A stretch of 64,000 bases of DNA from Minisyncoccia bacterium (GCA_049997795.1 JBEKVT010000001.1:312241-376240); one strand, 5' to 3'. Positions 10,128 through 18,287 are shown, counted from the first letter of the stretch. Notes: generated by a model from the sequence alone, not told the origin. Numbers and translations are program-made.

Positions 10128-10220
10128 CGGGTCAATTTTAGCAGATTTCCGGCTTTTGCGTCTGCGGTATAATTCTGGTAGTGTAAGAGCCGTTCCCCGC
10201 GGTTTCAAAATTCACATCGC

Positions 10221-10293
10221 GCGCGTATAGCTCAGTTGGTAGAGCACACCACTGATACTGGTGGGGTCCTTGGTTCGAATCCAAGTACGCGCA
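10221..10293 (+). tRNA. tRNA-Ile (anticodon GAT)
   Basis: Cloverleaf read by hand: acceptor GCGCGTA/TACGCGC, D-arm GCTC-AGTTGGTA-GAGC, anticodon stem CACCA/TGGTG with loop CTGATAC (GAT), T-arm CTTGG-TTCGAAT-CCAAG, discriminator A, CCA not encoded. Confidence 0.85.
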
Positions 10294-10329
10294 CCGTCGC
10301 CCTTATCAGCCTCGTTAACATATGATCAG

Positions 10330-11322
10330 ATGAACTCCAAAACCACTCCGAAGGATTTCTTCCTTCACCTCGGCGCCACCATAGCCCTCTATACCTCGGC
10401 TGTCGCCCTTATCAACCTGTGTTTCAGTGTCATCAATTATTACAATCCGGATGTCCTGGCCGGCTACTTCAGCTCCAACTCCATCGCTTGGCCAGTCTCC
10501 ATGCTCGTCGTCCTTGTGCCGGTCTTGTACGTCATCGAATGGTTCATCGGCCGCGACCTCGCGCGCATGCCGGAGAAGAAGGACCTCTGGATCCGCCGCT
10601 GGCGCATCTACCTCACCCTTTTCCTTGGCGGGGCGACCGTGGTCGGCGATCTGGTCGTGCTCATCAACTGGTACTTGAACGGCGAGATCACCGACCGTTT
10701 TGTCTATAAAATCCTGGTCGTGCTGGTCGTTGCCGGCGTCATCTTCGCTTATTATCTCTTGGCCCGCGCCGTTGATTCCGTCAGGGCGAAGAATTGGAGG
10801 AAGATCCTCGCCTGGTTCGGCATCGTCGTCGTTCTGGCGGGGGTCGTCGGCGGATTCCTGATCGTCGGCTCGCCGGCGAAGCAGCGCGCCATCCGTTTCG
10901 ACAGCCAGCGAGTGAGCGATCTCACGAATATCCAATGGCAGATCATCAGCTATTGGCAGCAGAGAGGGAAGCTGCCCGCGGCCCTAAGCGACCTCAACGA
11001 CCCCATCTCGAATTTCTCCGTTCCCAAGGATCCCGACACCTCTTCAAGCTACGGATATTCGACGAAATGGACCTCGGCGATGTCTTCCAATCCGGCCTTC
11101 GAACTGTGCGCCACATTCAGTCTGGCGTCACAGGATCTATCCGGCAAGGGAGCTTACGGCACGGGCGGAAGCGTGGGCGGCGCCATCCCCGTCGGCAATG
11201 TCTCATATCCCATCGGCTCCATATCGACGAACGATTCCTGGACTCATGATGCCGGCCATATCTGCTTCGAGCGCACCATCGACCCGGCCCGGTATCCGAT
11301 AAATCCAAAGATCAATCAGTAG
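10330..11322 (+). CDS. polytopic membrane protein with C-terminal type IV pilin-like domain
   Basis: About 5 predicted TM helices, then GFLIVGSPAKQRAIRFDSQRVSDLTNIQWQIISYWQQRGKLP ... YGYS ... FELCATFSLASQ. This resembles the pilin/pseudopilin globular-domain pattern, but there is no prepilin leader/cleavage motif. The track ORF starts inside the tRNA, so the start is reassigned to ATG 10330. Confidence 0.4.
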   Translation: MNSKTTPKDFFLHLGATIALYTSAVALINLCFSVINYYNPDVLAGYFSSNSIAWPVSMLVVLVPVLYVIEWFIGRDLARMPEKKDLWIRRWRIYLTLFLGGATVVGDLVVLINWYLNGEITDRFVYKILVVLVVAGVIFAYYLLARAVDSVRAKNWRKILAWFGIVVVLAGVVGGFLIVGSPAKQRAIRFDSQRVSDLTNIQWQIISYWQQRGKLPAALSDLNDPISNFSVPKDPDTSSSYGYSTKWTSAMSSNPAFELCATFSLASQDLSGKGAYGTGGSVGGAIPVGNVSYPIGSISTNDSWTHDAGHICFERTIDPARYPINPKINQ

Positions 11323-11328
11323 GGGATA

Positions 11329-11441
11329 GGCGGCAAGAGAACAAGGGTTTGAGAGACACGGGATTTTCCTGCTGGAAAATCCCTCGATGCTCGCGCCAGT
11401 CGCGCTCGCAAGGTCTCTCAAACCCTTGTTCTCTTGCCGCC
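11329..11441. repeat. structured palindromic element, copy 1: 29-bp perfect inverted repeat enclosing a 55-nt conserved core
   Basis: Arms ggcggcaagagaacaagggtttgagagac (11329-11357) and gtctctcaaacccttgttctcttgccgcc (11413-11441) are exact reverse complements. The core contains a perfect 10-bp hairpin GGGATTTTCC-TGCT-GGAAAATCCC and the segment tcgatgctcgcgccagtcgcgctcgcaag shared with copy 2. Confidence 0.8.
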
Positions 11442-11451
11442 TTCCCGTTCA

Positions 11452-11460
11452 TGCTATAAT
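11452..11460 (+). promoter_or_regulatory. extended -10 box TGCTATAAT with -35-like TTGCCG (15-nt spacer), 7 nt upstream of the radC ATG
   Basis: Motif identical to those at 12586-12594 and 25004-25012; implies leaderless radC mRNA. The -35 lies in the right arm of repeat copy 1. Confidence 0.4.
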
Positions 11461-11467
11461 CCCCGGC

Positions 11468-12205
11468 ATGCGGAAAAGCGCCTACGTCATCCCAGACACC
11501 ACGCTCATCCTCGACCGGCCCCGGCATGAATATCCGCTCATGCTCCGGGATCTGCCGCCGGCCGGAAAGCCGCGCGAGAAGCTCCTGGCCCACGGCCCGG
11601 AGGCTCTTTCCGTGCAGGAGCTCGCGGCTCTCCTCCTCATCACCGGTACGGTCTGGGAAGACGTGCTGGAGATGTCGAACCGCATCGTCCGCGATTACGG
11701 CGAGAAGAACGTCTTCGCCGAGCGCGACGCCATGAAGCTTTCCGAGGAAGCGGGCATCCCTCTCGTCAAGGCCTGCCAGATCGTGGCCGCCGGCGAACTG
11801 GGCCGCCGTTATTACGGCAAGGAGCAGTCTGGCTTCACCACCATCAGGAACGCCAAAGACGTCTATGACCATTTGACCGACATGCGGACCTTGCCCAAGG
11901 AGAATCTGCGCGGTCTGTACTTGAACGGTCACAGCCGCATCATCCGGGACGAGATCATATCGGTCGGGACGGTCAATGCCAATCTGATCCACGCCCGCGA
12001 AGTCTTCCGCACGGCCATCGAATGCAACGCCGTAGCCTTGGTCCTCGCCCACAACCATCCCTCCGGGGACTCGAGCCCCTCGACCGAAGACATCGAAGTG
12101 ACCCGCCGGCTCATCGAGGCCGGCAAGCTCCTCGGCATCCGCCTCTTAGACCACGTGATCATCACCAAAGATTCGTTCACCAGCGTGAACGCCGATTATA
12201 AATAG
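11468..12205 (+). CDS. radC: RadC-family JAB/MPN domain protein
   Basis: C-terminal JAMM motif region HNHPSGDSSPSTEDIEVTRRL. Start moved from track 11387 (which begins inside the repeat) to ATG 11468. Confidence 0.8.
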   Translation: MRKSAYVIPDTTLILDRPRHEYPLMLRDLPPAGKPREKLLAHGPEALSVQELAALLLITGTVWEDVLEMSNRIVRDYGEKNVFAERDAMKLSEEAGIPLVKACQIVAAGELGRRYYGKEQSGFTTIRNAKDVYDHLTDMRTLPKENLRGLYLNGHSRIIRDEIISVGTVNANLIHAREVFRTAIECNAVALVLAHNHPSGDSSPSTEDIEVTRRLIEAGKLLGIRLLDHVIITKDSFTSVNADYK

Positions 12206-12211
12206 CTATCC

Positions 12212-12526
12212 ATGTTCCGAGATTACACCGTTGTCTCGCCTTCCCTGGAAGGCGTCTTGAGCCATGAATCATTGATGTACGACGGCATCCGTCGGCCGGC
12301 GGAGATCCTGCGCGCCCTCGACGGCCCGGCCGCCGACCCGTCCCTCCCCAAGCCGCCGCACCAGGAGAAGATCCTGGAGCAGTATTTCTACGATCTCTAC
12401 GGAGTCTTCATGAAGAGATTGTCTTCTTTCGTCCTCGAATCGGAGCCGGCTGACCTCGAGACCGTCAAGCTCCAAGCCATGCTGCAGGAGATGATAAAGA
12501 TCAAAAAGCTGATGGGGAAGAAGTAG
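12212..12526 (+). CDS. hypothetical protein (104 aa)
   Basis: ORF 7 nt after radC, no recognisable motif; ends before an AT-rich promoter region. Confidence 0.35.
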   Translation: MFRDYTVVSPSLEGVLSHESLMYDGIRRPAEILRALDGPAADPSLPKPPHQEKILEQYFYDLYGVFMKRLSSFVLESEPADLETVKLQAMLQEMIKIKKLMGKK

Positions 12527-12564
12527 ATGGTGAAATAGGCCTAGGAATAAGGACATAAGCAGCA

Positions 12565-12594
12565 TTGACTTATGTAGTTTTGTCGTGCTATAAT
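12565..12594 (+). promoter_or_regulatory. near-consensus sigma70-type promoter: TTGACT -18- (TGC)TATAAT
   Basis: -35 TTGACT 12565-12570, extended -10 TGCTATAAT 12586-12594, in a locally AT-rich gap upstream of the 433-aa ORF. Confidence 0.6.
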
Positions 12595-12632
12595 TAAAGG
12601 TAGATCTGCACACCCTGTGCGGTCCGGGACAA

Positions 12633-13934
12633 TTGTCCCAAACTAGAACAGTCAGTAGCGAGCCTTGTGCTCGCGGAAAGGGTACGTTGAAAACTTGGAT
12701 AACTACGATAGTGACGGAATGGCTCTCACACCTGGACGAAATAACAGGCGTGCGGGAGCTGCAGCTCTTCGGGGAGAAGATCTTCCCGGGAGTCGGCACG
12801 GCGAAGATCGTGTTCAGCGACAAGGAGGTGCGGGGAGATCGCAAGGATTGCCTGTACGTCGGCGTCGGCAACGGCAAGAGCGAATTCGACGAGCATCGGC
12901 CGGACGGCCGGCTCCAGAACGAGTGCGCGGCCACTCTCGTGGCCAGACGACTCGGCATCCTCAACAAGCCGGGCCTCAAGGAGCTGCTCACCGAAGTCTT
13001 GCGGTGCGACACACAGCCCAAGACCTTCCCGACCCAGCTCGCCAACCTGGTCAAAGCCATGCATCGGGTCAAGAAAGGTACCGATCAGTATGGTACCTAT
13101 CTCTGGGTTTGTAAGGCTTTAGACGCCATCGTCTTTCGCGAGAGAAACGAAAGAATCGATCCACGCTGGCTCTGGCAGGAATTCTGCAGGGTCAGGGAAG
13201 TGCCGCAGGACGAAGCATTCGAAATCGTCAATCGACTTGTCAACGAATCATTCAGTCGACGGAATAGCCTAGTGACCGAGCTGGCGTCCATCGTCTCCAG
13301 AATGAGTGTCAAGGCCGGCTGGTTGTGGCTCGGTGAGACGTTCTCCATGTTGCTTCGGGACGCAGATATGTTCCTCGAGGCGGTCAAGGAGATGAACTCC
13401 GACAAGCTGGTCGCGTTCGATGTCCAGACTGCAGATGGTATCGAGCCGGCCTACTTCATCACGACCAACAACGAGCACGCCGGTCGAGCGGCAGTCTCCA
13501 GGCTCACGGGCAAGGCGACGATCTGCGTGGTCCGGAATACGAACGGCCACACCCAGATCTTCTCCAACCCCGACATGAAGCTCCCGATGGGGAACTTCAT
13601 CGCTCTCCTTCGGATGGCGGAGTTCAGGAAGTGGACGGGAAAGCGCCTTCCGGCCAAGAGGGCCTACGGAGCGGGGACGATCCCGGAATGCAAGCAGTGG
13701 CATCTCCCGAATCCGAACATGATCCTGAACGGGTCCTTGACCCATCCGTGGATACCGGCGTCAATACTCTCTCTCGAAGAGATCCAGGAGATCGCCCGCG
13801 TGGCCTTCACGGCGACCGGACGGGATCTGTGGATCAAGGAGTATTGCGGCGAGAAGCCCTTAGAAGCCATCTCGTCGGAAGACTCACTCGGCATCCTCGA
13901 GACTGCGATGGACCGCGCCAACGGTCGGAAATAG
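12633..13934 (+). CDS. hypothetical protein (~410-433 aa), own promoter and terminator
   Basis: Long ORF with no recognisable domain. Track start is TTG at 12633; a GTG at ~12711 is an alternative. Flanked by a consensus promoter and a double-hairpin terminator. Confidence 0.5.
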   Translation: MSQTRTVSSEPCARGKGTLKTWITTIVTEWLSHLDEITGVRELQLFGEKIFPGVGTAKIVFSDKEVRGDRKDCLYVGVGNGKSEFDEHRPDGRLQNECAATLVARRLGILNKPGLKELLTEVLRCDTQPKTFPTQLANLVKAMHRVKKGTDQYGTYLWVCKALDAIVFRERNERIDPRWLWQEFCRVREVPQDEAFEIVNRLVNESFSRRNSLVTELASIVSRMSVKAGWLWLGETFSMLLRDADMFLEAVKEMNSDKLVAFDVQTADGIEPAYFITTNNEHAGRAAVSRLTGKATICVVRNTNGHTQIFSNPDMKLPMGNFIALLRMAEFRKWTGKRLPAKRAYGAGTIPECKQWHLPNPNMILNGSLTHPWIPASILSLEEIQEIARVAFTATGRDLWIKEYCGEKPLEAISSEDSLGILETAMDRANGRK

Positions 13935-13944
13935 TCAGCGAACT

Positions 13945-14008
13945 TGCCACAAGCGCAGAGCGCTTGGCAAGCAAAGAGGGCAGGAAGCTTAGCTCCGCCC
14001 TCTTTTTT
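13945..14008 (+). terminator. tandem hairpins ending in T-tract (rho-independent terminator)
   Basis: Two hairpins, gccacaagcgc-agag-gcgcttggc and GAGGGC-aggaagcttagctcc-GCCCTC, the second followed by TTTTTT at 14003-14008. Confidence 0.65.
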
Positions 14009-14050
14009 ATACCCCGAACCTTTCAATACTGGTTTGAATGCCTTATAATT

Positions 14051-15379
14051 ATGCCCATGAGCGCCCGTGACTTCTTCCTGGGCAAAAGGATCGCCGTCAT
14101 CGGTTTGGGGGTGAACGGAGAGATGGCGGCGGACGTCAGATTCTTGGTCAAAGCCAATGCTCTGGTCTCGGTTTACGATCTCAAGGCCGAGGCGAAGGTG
14201 AGCGGCCACGCGGCCTCGCTGCGCTCTCTCGGCCTGGCCAATTTCCTGTGCGGCTCGGTGCCGGCCGACGATCTCCTCGACATGGATCTTATCATCCTGT
14301 CGCATGAATATCCCCGCAATTCGTCTTTCTTGTCGGAGGCTCGCAAGAAAGGCGTCGAGATAGAATATCCGGAGACCCTGTTCCTCCGGCTCGCCCCGCC
14401 TATAACCGTCGTCGGCATCATGGGCGCCTGCGGCAAGGCCACCGTCCTGTCCATGCTCTCTCCCATGATGGAAGCGGCCTGCGCGGAGAAAAAAGCCAAG
14501 GAGAAGTGCTTCACCGCCGACCCGGAGTCGGACAGCGGCATCCTCGCCCATCTCGGTCGGATGAAAAACGGCGACATCCTCGTCTTGCGCATCGCCGAAC
14601 AGATGATGCCGGAAATAACCGCCCTCGACTGGAGCCCGCACATCGCCGTCTTCGCCACCATGCCATCTTTGCCGTCGTCCCTGGAGTCGCCCTTCGGGAT
14701 CCTCGTCCATCAGACCTACAACAATCATGTGATCGGAAGCGACAAGGTCATCGATGCCGTCCGGGCCTCCGGCCTTCCCTTGAAAGGGAAGATGCTGCGC
14801 ACCAAAGCATCGCTCGTGCCCGAAGACTGGCTTCGGAACGGTCGCGCGCCGTATGATCAGGATAACGCCGCCCTGGCCCTCCAAGCGGCCAAGCTCTTCG
14901 GCGTTTCCAATGAGACGGCCAAAGCGGTCCTGTCGAAATGGAAGCCGCTCAAGGGCCGGCTCGAGCCGGTCAAGAAGCTGAAGAGCGTCGAATTCTGGAA
15001 TGACACGGCCTCCGTCTCGCCCGAGGCCACGGTCGCAGGCATGGAAGCCTTGGCCGGAGACAAGAATCTGGTGCTCATCATGGGCGGGTCCGACCGAGGC
15101 GCCGATTATCATGACTTATACGCGGCGGCGTCGCGATACGCCCATGCCCTGGTCGTTTTGCCGGGAAGCGGGACCTTGAAGGAAAGGCAGGCCATCCGCG
15201 GGCTCGACGGCCTGACCGTCCTTTCGGTGCCGTCCGTCGAAGAAGCGGTGCGTTCGGCCATGGATCAGGCCCATAAGGGAGATAAGGTGCTGTTCAGCCC
15301 CGGTTTCGGCGCCGGCGGCATATACGGCTCGCGCGCCGAACGCGGCGACCATTTTATACGGGCAGTCAGAGCCTTGTGA
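14051..15379 (+). CDS. murD: UDP-N-acetylmuramoylalanine--D-glutamate ligase
   Basis: N-terminal FFLGKRIAVIGLGVNG Rossmann segment, Mur-ligase central domain (GIMGACGKAT), C-terminal FSPGFGAGGIY...RG..F. Start re-set to ATG 14051, after the terminator and a TTTCAA-17-TATAAT promoter-like sequence. Confidence 0.65.
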   Translation: MPMSARDFFLGKRIAVIGLGVNGEMAADVRFLVKANALVSVYDLKAEAKVSGHAASLRSLGLANFLCGSVPADDLLDMDLIILSHEYPRNSSFLSEARKKGVEIEYPETLFLRLAPPITVVGIMGACGKATVLSMLSPMMEAACAEKKAKEKCFTADPESDSGILAHLGRMKNGDILVLRIAEQMMPEITALDWSPHIAVFATMPSLPSSLESPFGILVHQTYNNHVIGSDKVIDAVRASGLPLKGKMLRTKASLVPEDWLRNGRAPYDQDNAALALQAAKLFGVSNETAKAVLSKWKPLKGRLEPVKKLKSVEFWNDTASVSPEATVAGMEALAGDKNLVLIMGGSDRGADYHDLYAAASRYAHALVVLPGSGTLKERQAIRGLDGLTVLSVPSVEEAVRSAMDQAHKGDKVLFSPGFGAGGIYGSRAERGDHFIRAVRAL

Positions 15380-15393
15380 TCACGCTTTGATTA

Positions 15394-15510
15394 TAGGTAG
15401 CGAGAGAAGGAGATATTGAAAGACACGGAATTTCCCTGCTGGGAAATTCCTCGGTGCTCGCGCCAGTCGCGCTCGCAAGGTCTTTCAATGTCTCCTTCTC
15501 TCGCTACCTA
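15394..15510. repeat. structured palindromic element, copy 2: 31-bp inverted repeat (1 G-T mismatch) enclosing the same 55-nt core
   Basis: Arms taggtagcgagagaaggagatattgaaagac / gtctttcaatgtctccttctctcgctaccta. Core hairpin GGAATTTCCC-TGCT-GGGAAATTCC carries compensatory changes relative to copy 1; tcggtgctcgcgccagtcgcgctcgcaag is near-identical. Lies between convergent murD and the PLP-enzyme gene. Confidence 0.8.
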
Positions 15511-16401
15511 TCATTCGCCGCAGATCATACAAACAACGGCGCCGGGGAATTTCCAGCCGATGGATGTTGCTTTCATGACTCCTGCTACAGAGAGAGCGCT
15601 ATTCGCGGAGATCTCAAGGCCCGCATGCTTTTCGGTCAATTCCTGCGCAGCTCTGATATCGTCGTTCGTCGCCACCCAGCCGCGGCCGCCGGTCTTCTCG
15701 ATGAGAGGGATGAGGACGTCTTTCCTGTGAGCCGTTTTGTCCACGATCGCGTCGGCGGTCGACGTCTCATCCGGGCCGTCGTATGATTCGAAGCTCTCGG
15801 ATAGGGGATGACAGGATGATGTCTGCACGATATGGACCTGGATCGACAGTTTCTTTTTTGTAAAATAAGCGGCCAAGGCCTGGGCCGTCGTGCCTGAAGA
15901 GGTGCCGATCATGACCGCGCCGGCGCCTTTTATCTCTCCGAGCTCCGCGGCCAATGGTTCATAGCCGATCAAGGCGACATCATCAGTCGATTGTCGGAGG
16001 CTTCTCGCGCCTTCTTTTACGGCTTCATTCAGAGCCTGGAGCGGCCGCTCCTTTACCATAACGCGGATGTGGTCATCCGCCAGCTCTTTCAACCGGATCG
16101 CCTTGTGCGGTGAAGCATGCTGTCCGATGAAGATGTCCAAGCCGATGGGTTTTTCTTTGCCGCCGGCTCCTTCCCGCCGGTCGTTCGATTCACGGACAAA
16201 AAGCGCCGCTGCCAGAGCCGCGTTCCCGGACGAAGAGATGGCGAACCGGCTGTCGCCGCCTTTCAAATAGTGCTTGATCATGATCGGAATGGAACGGCCC
16301 TTGTGCGAGCCGTAGGGATGCAGGTCTTCGCGCTTGAAATAGATGCCCGGGACGCCGATCGCCCCGGCGAGCTTCGGGTATCGTTCGAGAGGAGTCGACA
16401 T
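15511..16401 (-). CDS. PLP-dependent enzyme, fold-type II (cysteine synthase/threonine dehydratase-like superfamily)
   Basis: 296 aa; GSHKGRS lysine motif near the N-terminus, glycine-rich GTSSGTTAQALAAYF PLP-phosphate loop. Confidence 0.5.
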   Translation of the reverse strand: MSTPLERYPKLAGAIGVPGIYFKREDLHPYGSHKGRSIPIMIKHYLKGGDSRFAISSSGNAALAAALFVRESNDRREGAGGKEKPIGLDIFIGQHASPHKAIRLKELADDHIRVMVKERPLQALNEAVKEGARSLRQSTDDVALIGYEPLAAELGEIKGAGAVMIGTSSGTTAQALAAYFTKKKLSIQVHIVQTSSCHPLSESFESYDGPDETSTADAIVDKTAHRKDVLIPLIEKTGGRGWVATNDDIRAAQELTEKHAGLEISANSALSVAGVMKATSIGWKFPGAVVCMICGE

Positions 16402-16441
16402 ATTGCCATACTAACCCATTTCTTATATCATTGAAAGCATT

Positions 16442-16636
16442 ATGATCCAGCGAAGAACCGAATCGGCCAGCGCTCTGTGCGTCTGTCCCGAATGCAAGAA
16501 CGTGATCGACCTTTCCCGATACCCGAACCTGGTGCCCGGCATGGTCATCGAGTGCAATCACTGCGGCATGACGCTCCTCGTGAAAGAGATAGCAGGAAGC
16601 GACGTCAAGACCGAGGTCGTGGACGAGGGAAAGTGA
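16442..16636 (+). CDS. small zinc-ribbon protein, LysW-like pattern
   Basis: 64 aa; CPECKNVIDL...PGMVIECNHCGMTLLV matches the CPxCx2[IL]xL...GExVxCxxCGxxLxV arrangement of LysW-type carriers but lacks the C-terminal EDWGE tail. Confidence 0.4.
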   Translation: MIQRRTESASALCVCPECKNVIDLSRYPNLVPGMVIECNHCGMTLLVKEIAGSDVKTEVVDEGK

Positions 16637-16652
16637 GCGGATTTCCTTCCGC

Positions 16653-18062
16653 TCACTGCAGCCTTTTCACAGTCTCTTCTATCATCCCGCGGAAGCCGTG
16701 AGAGCCGAGGAAGGCGATGACGTCTCCCGGCTCGCGTTTTTCCGTGATATGGCTGACCAGAGCCTCATCGTCTTCGAGATAGACGGCGTTCTTGTGGCTC
16801 TTTCCGATGACTGATGTCAGCTCTTCGCCGTCGAAAGTCTTCTCCGGCTCGTTCGAGTCGACCTTCAATCTGGTCAGCTTCGGGATGACGACCATGTCTG
16901 CATCCCGGAAAGCATTCTTATAAGAGGGCACCGATTCCGGCGTCCGGTTCCCCGTGTTCGGCTCGTAGACGGCGATCACCTTGCCGGAATATATCTCCCG
17001 TAGGTTCTTCAGGACGGACCTGGCCTTTTCCGGCGAATGGGCGATGTCGTCTATGACCGTCGTCCCGCCGGAGAGCGGAGCCTCGAGGCGCTTCTCTAAT
17101 CTCCTCTTCATCCCCCTGAATCCGCGGATAGCCTCGAGTATCTCCTCCGGAGCGATGCCGATCTCCCTGGCCAAGGCGAAGCAGCCGGTCGCGTTCTCGG
17201 CGTTGTATTTGCCGAGGAGCGGGCTTTCGATGTCGTAGCGGAGGTCGCCGTGGATCACGCTCCACGCCAGGCCTCTCTCCGACTGGAAGACGTCTTCATA
17301 TCTGTACTTCGCGCGGGAAGATGTGCCGTAGCTTATGAAGTCCCGGCCGGCTTCGGCGAGCATCTTCGGCGCTTGGTCATCGTCGATACAGGCGACGATC
17401 ATGCCTTCTTTCGGCACTGACCTGATGAGGCCGCGGAACGCCTCGAAGTAGCTCTCTTCCGTCTTGTATATGTCGGCATGATCCCATTTGACGGCCGTAA
17501 GGAGGAGGTGCGTCGGCTTGTAATGGGCGAACTTCGGCCGCTGGTCCCACTTGGCGCTCGTGTATTCGTCTCCTTCGACCACGCTCCATTCGCCGGAATC
17601 GATGGCCGCCGACGGCAGGCCGTCCTGAGTGAGGCCGCCGATCATGTACGAAGGCTCCCGGCCGGCACGGCGGAGGATGTGCGTCAAAAGAGCGCTCGAA
17701 GTCGTCTTGCCGTAAGTGCCGGCCGCCACGATCGAGTTCTTCTTTATTATGAACTCGCCGACGGCCTCGGGATATGATTTGAAAGGGACCCCGTGCTCTT
17801 CCACGTAGGCAAGCTCCGGATTTTGGGTGGCGATCGCGTTGCCGACGACGACGAAATCCGGCGTGCCGTCCGCGATCATCTTCTCGGGATGCCAGCCGGC
17901 GTAATAGGGGATGCCGAGCTTGTCCAAATGGGTCGAGACCGGAGGGAAGAAGCCGGCATCGCTTCCGGTCACTTTATAGCCTTTCTCCCGGAGGGCGGTG
18001 GCCACAGCCGACATGGCCACGCCGCAGATGCCGATGAAATGGACTTTTTGAGGTTTGGCCAT
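16653..18062 (-). CDS. Mur ligase family protein, Mpl/MurC-like (UDP-N-acetylmuramate--peptide/L-alanine ligase)
   Basis: 469 aa; N-terminal HFIGICGVAMSAVATAL...VTGSD signature of the Mpl/MurC N-domain, central GTYGKTT P-loop. Confidence 0.65.
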   Translation of the reverse strand: MAKPQKVHFIGICGVAMSAVATALREKGYKVTGSDAGFFPPVSTHLDKLGIPYYAGWHPEKMIADGTPDFVVVGNAIATQNPELAYVEEHGVPFKSYPEAVGEFIIKKNSIVAAGTYGKTTSSALLTHILRRAGREPSYMIGGLTQDGLPSAAIDSGEWSVVEGDEYTSAKWDQRPKFAHYKPTHLLLTAVKWDHADIYKTEESYFEAFRGLIRSVPKEGMIVACIDDDQAPKMLAEAGRDFISYGTSSRAKYRYEDVFQSERGLAWSVIHGDLRYDIESPLLGKYNAENATGCFALAREIGIAPEEILEAIRGFRGMKRRLEKRLEAPLSGGTTVIDDIAHSPEKARSVLKNLREIYSGKVIAVYEPNTGNRTPESVPSYKNAFRDADMVVIPKLTRLKVDSNEPEKTFDGEELTSVIGKSHKNAVYLEDDEALVSHITEKREPGDVIAFLGSHGFRGMIEETVKRLQ

Positions 18063-18106
18063 GATAAGGCTCTATTTTAAGCCATTTTTCGAACCGTTGG
18101 AAGCTA

Positions 18107-18135
18107 TTGACATACATACTTTTATGATGTATACT
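18107..18135 (+). promoter_or_regulatory. consensus sigma70-type promoter TTGACA -17- TATACT
   Basis: -35 TTGACA 18107-18112, -10 TATACT 18130-18135, about 20 nt upstream of a 43-codon ORF. Confidence 0.6.
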
Positions 18136-18155
18136 TAAAGAGAATTTGAGACACC

Positions 18156-18287
18156 ATGAAAATCAAGCTATTCCTTCTGACGGCAGTGGTCATCGTCGCG
18201 GCAGCCATCACCCTTGGTGCGGCGAGAGTCGTGTCCAATGGTACGGCTGCCAGGAACGCCGCTGTCGATGAGATCATGTCACAGTGA
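18156..18287 (+). CDS. small ORF, 43 aa, hydrophobic N-terminal segment (MKIKLFLLTAVVIVAAAITLGAARVVSNGTAARNAAVDEIMSQ)
   Basis: Below the ORF-track size cut-off and read by hand. Bracketed by a consensus promoter and an intrinsic terminator. Predicted signal-peptide/TM-like helix. Confidence 0.45.
   Translation: MKIKLFLLTAVVIVAAAITLGAARVVSNGTAARNAAVDEIMSQ

Noticed and set aside
10127-10208. N-terminal extension of the glycerate kinase ORF up to 10208
   Set aside because: It would place the start 13 nt from the tRNA-Ile gene and over its likely promoter. The internal MKIKNMAEL start is preferred.
12665-13114. Alternative-frame ORF MCSRKGYVENL... overlapping the 433-aa ORF
   Set aside because: It is shorter and Arg/Gly/Pro-rich. 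The 433-aa frame is longer and framed by a promoter and a terminator.
13664-15112. 482-aa minus-strand ORF overlapping murD
   Set aside because: It is antisense to a gene with clear Mur-ligase motifs. The product is Arg/Gly/His-rich with no motif.
11387-15786. Track ORFs beginning MLAPVALARS... at 11387 and 15454
   Set aside because: Both begin inside the conserved core of the palindromic repeat. The shared peptide start is a consequence of the shared DNA, not of a gene. The radC start was moved to 11468.
16442-16636. Calling the 64-aa zinc-ribbon protein a bona fide LysW
   Set aside because: The C-terminal EDWGE ligation tail is missing, so only a LysW-like ribbon can be claimed.
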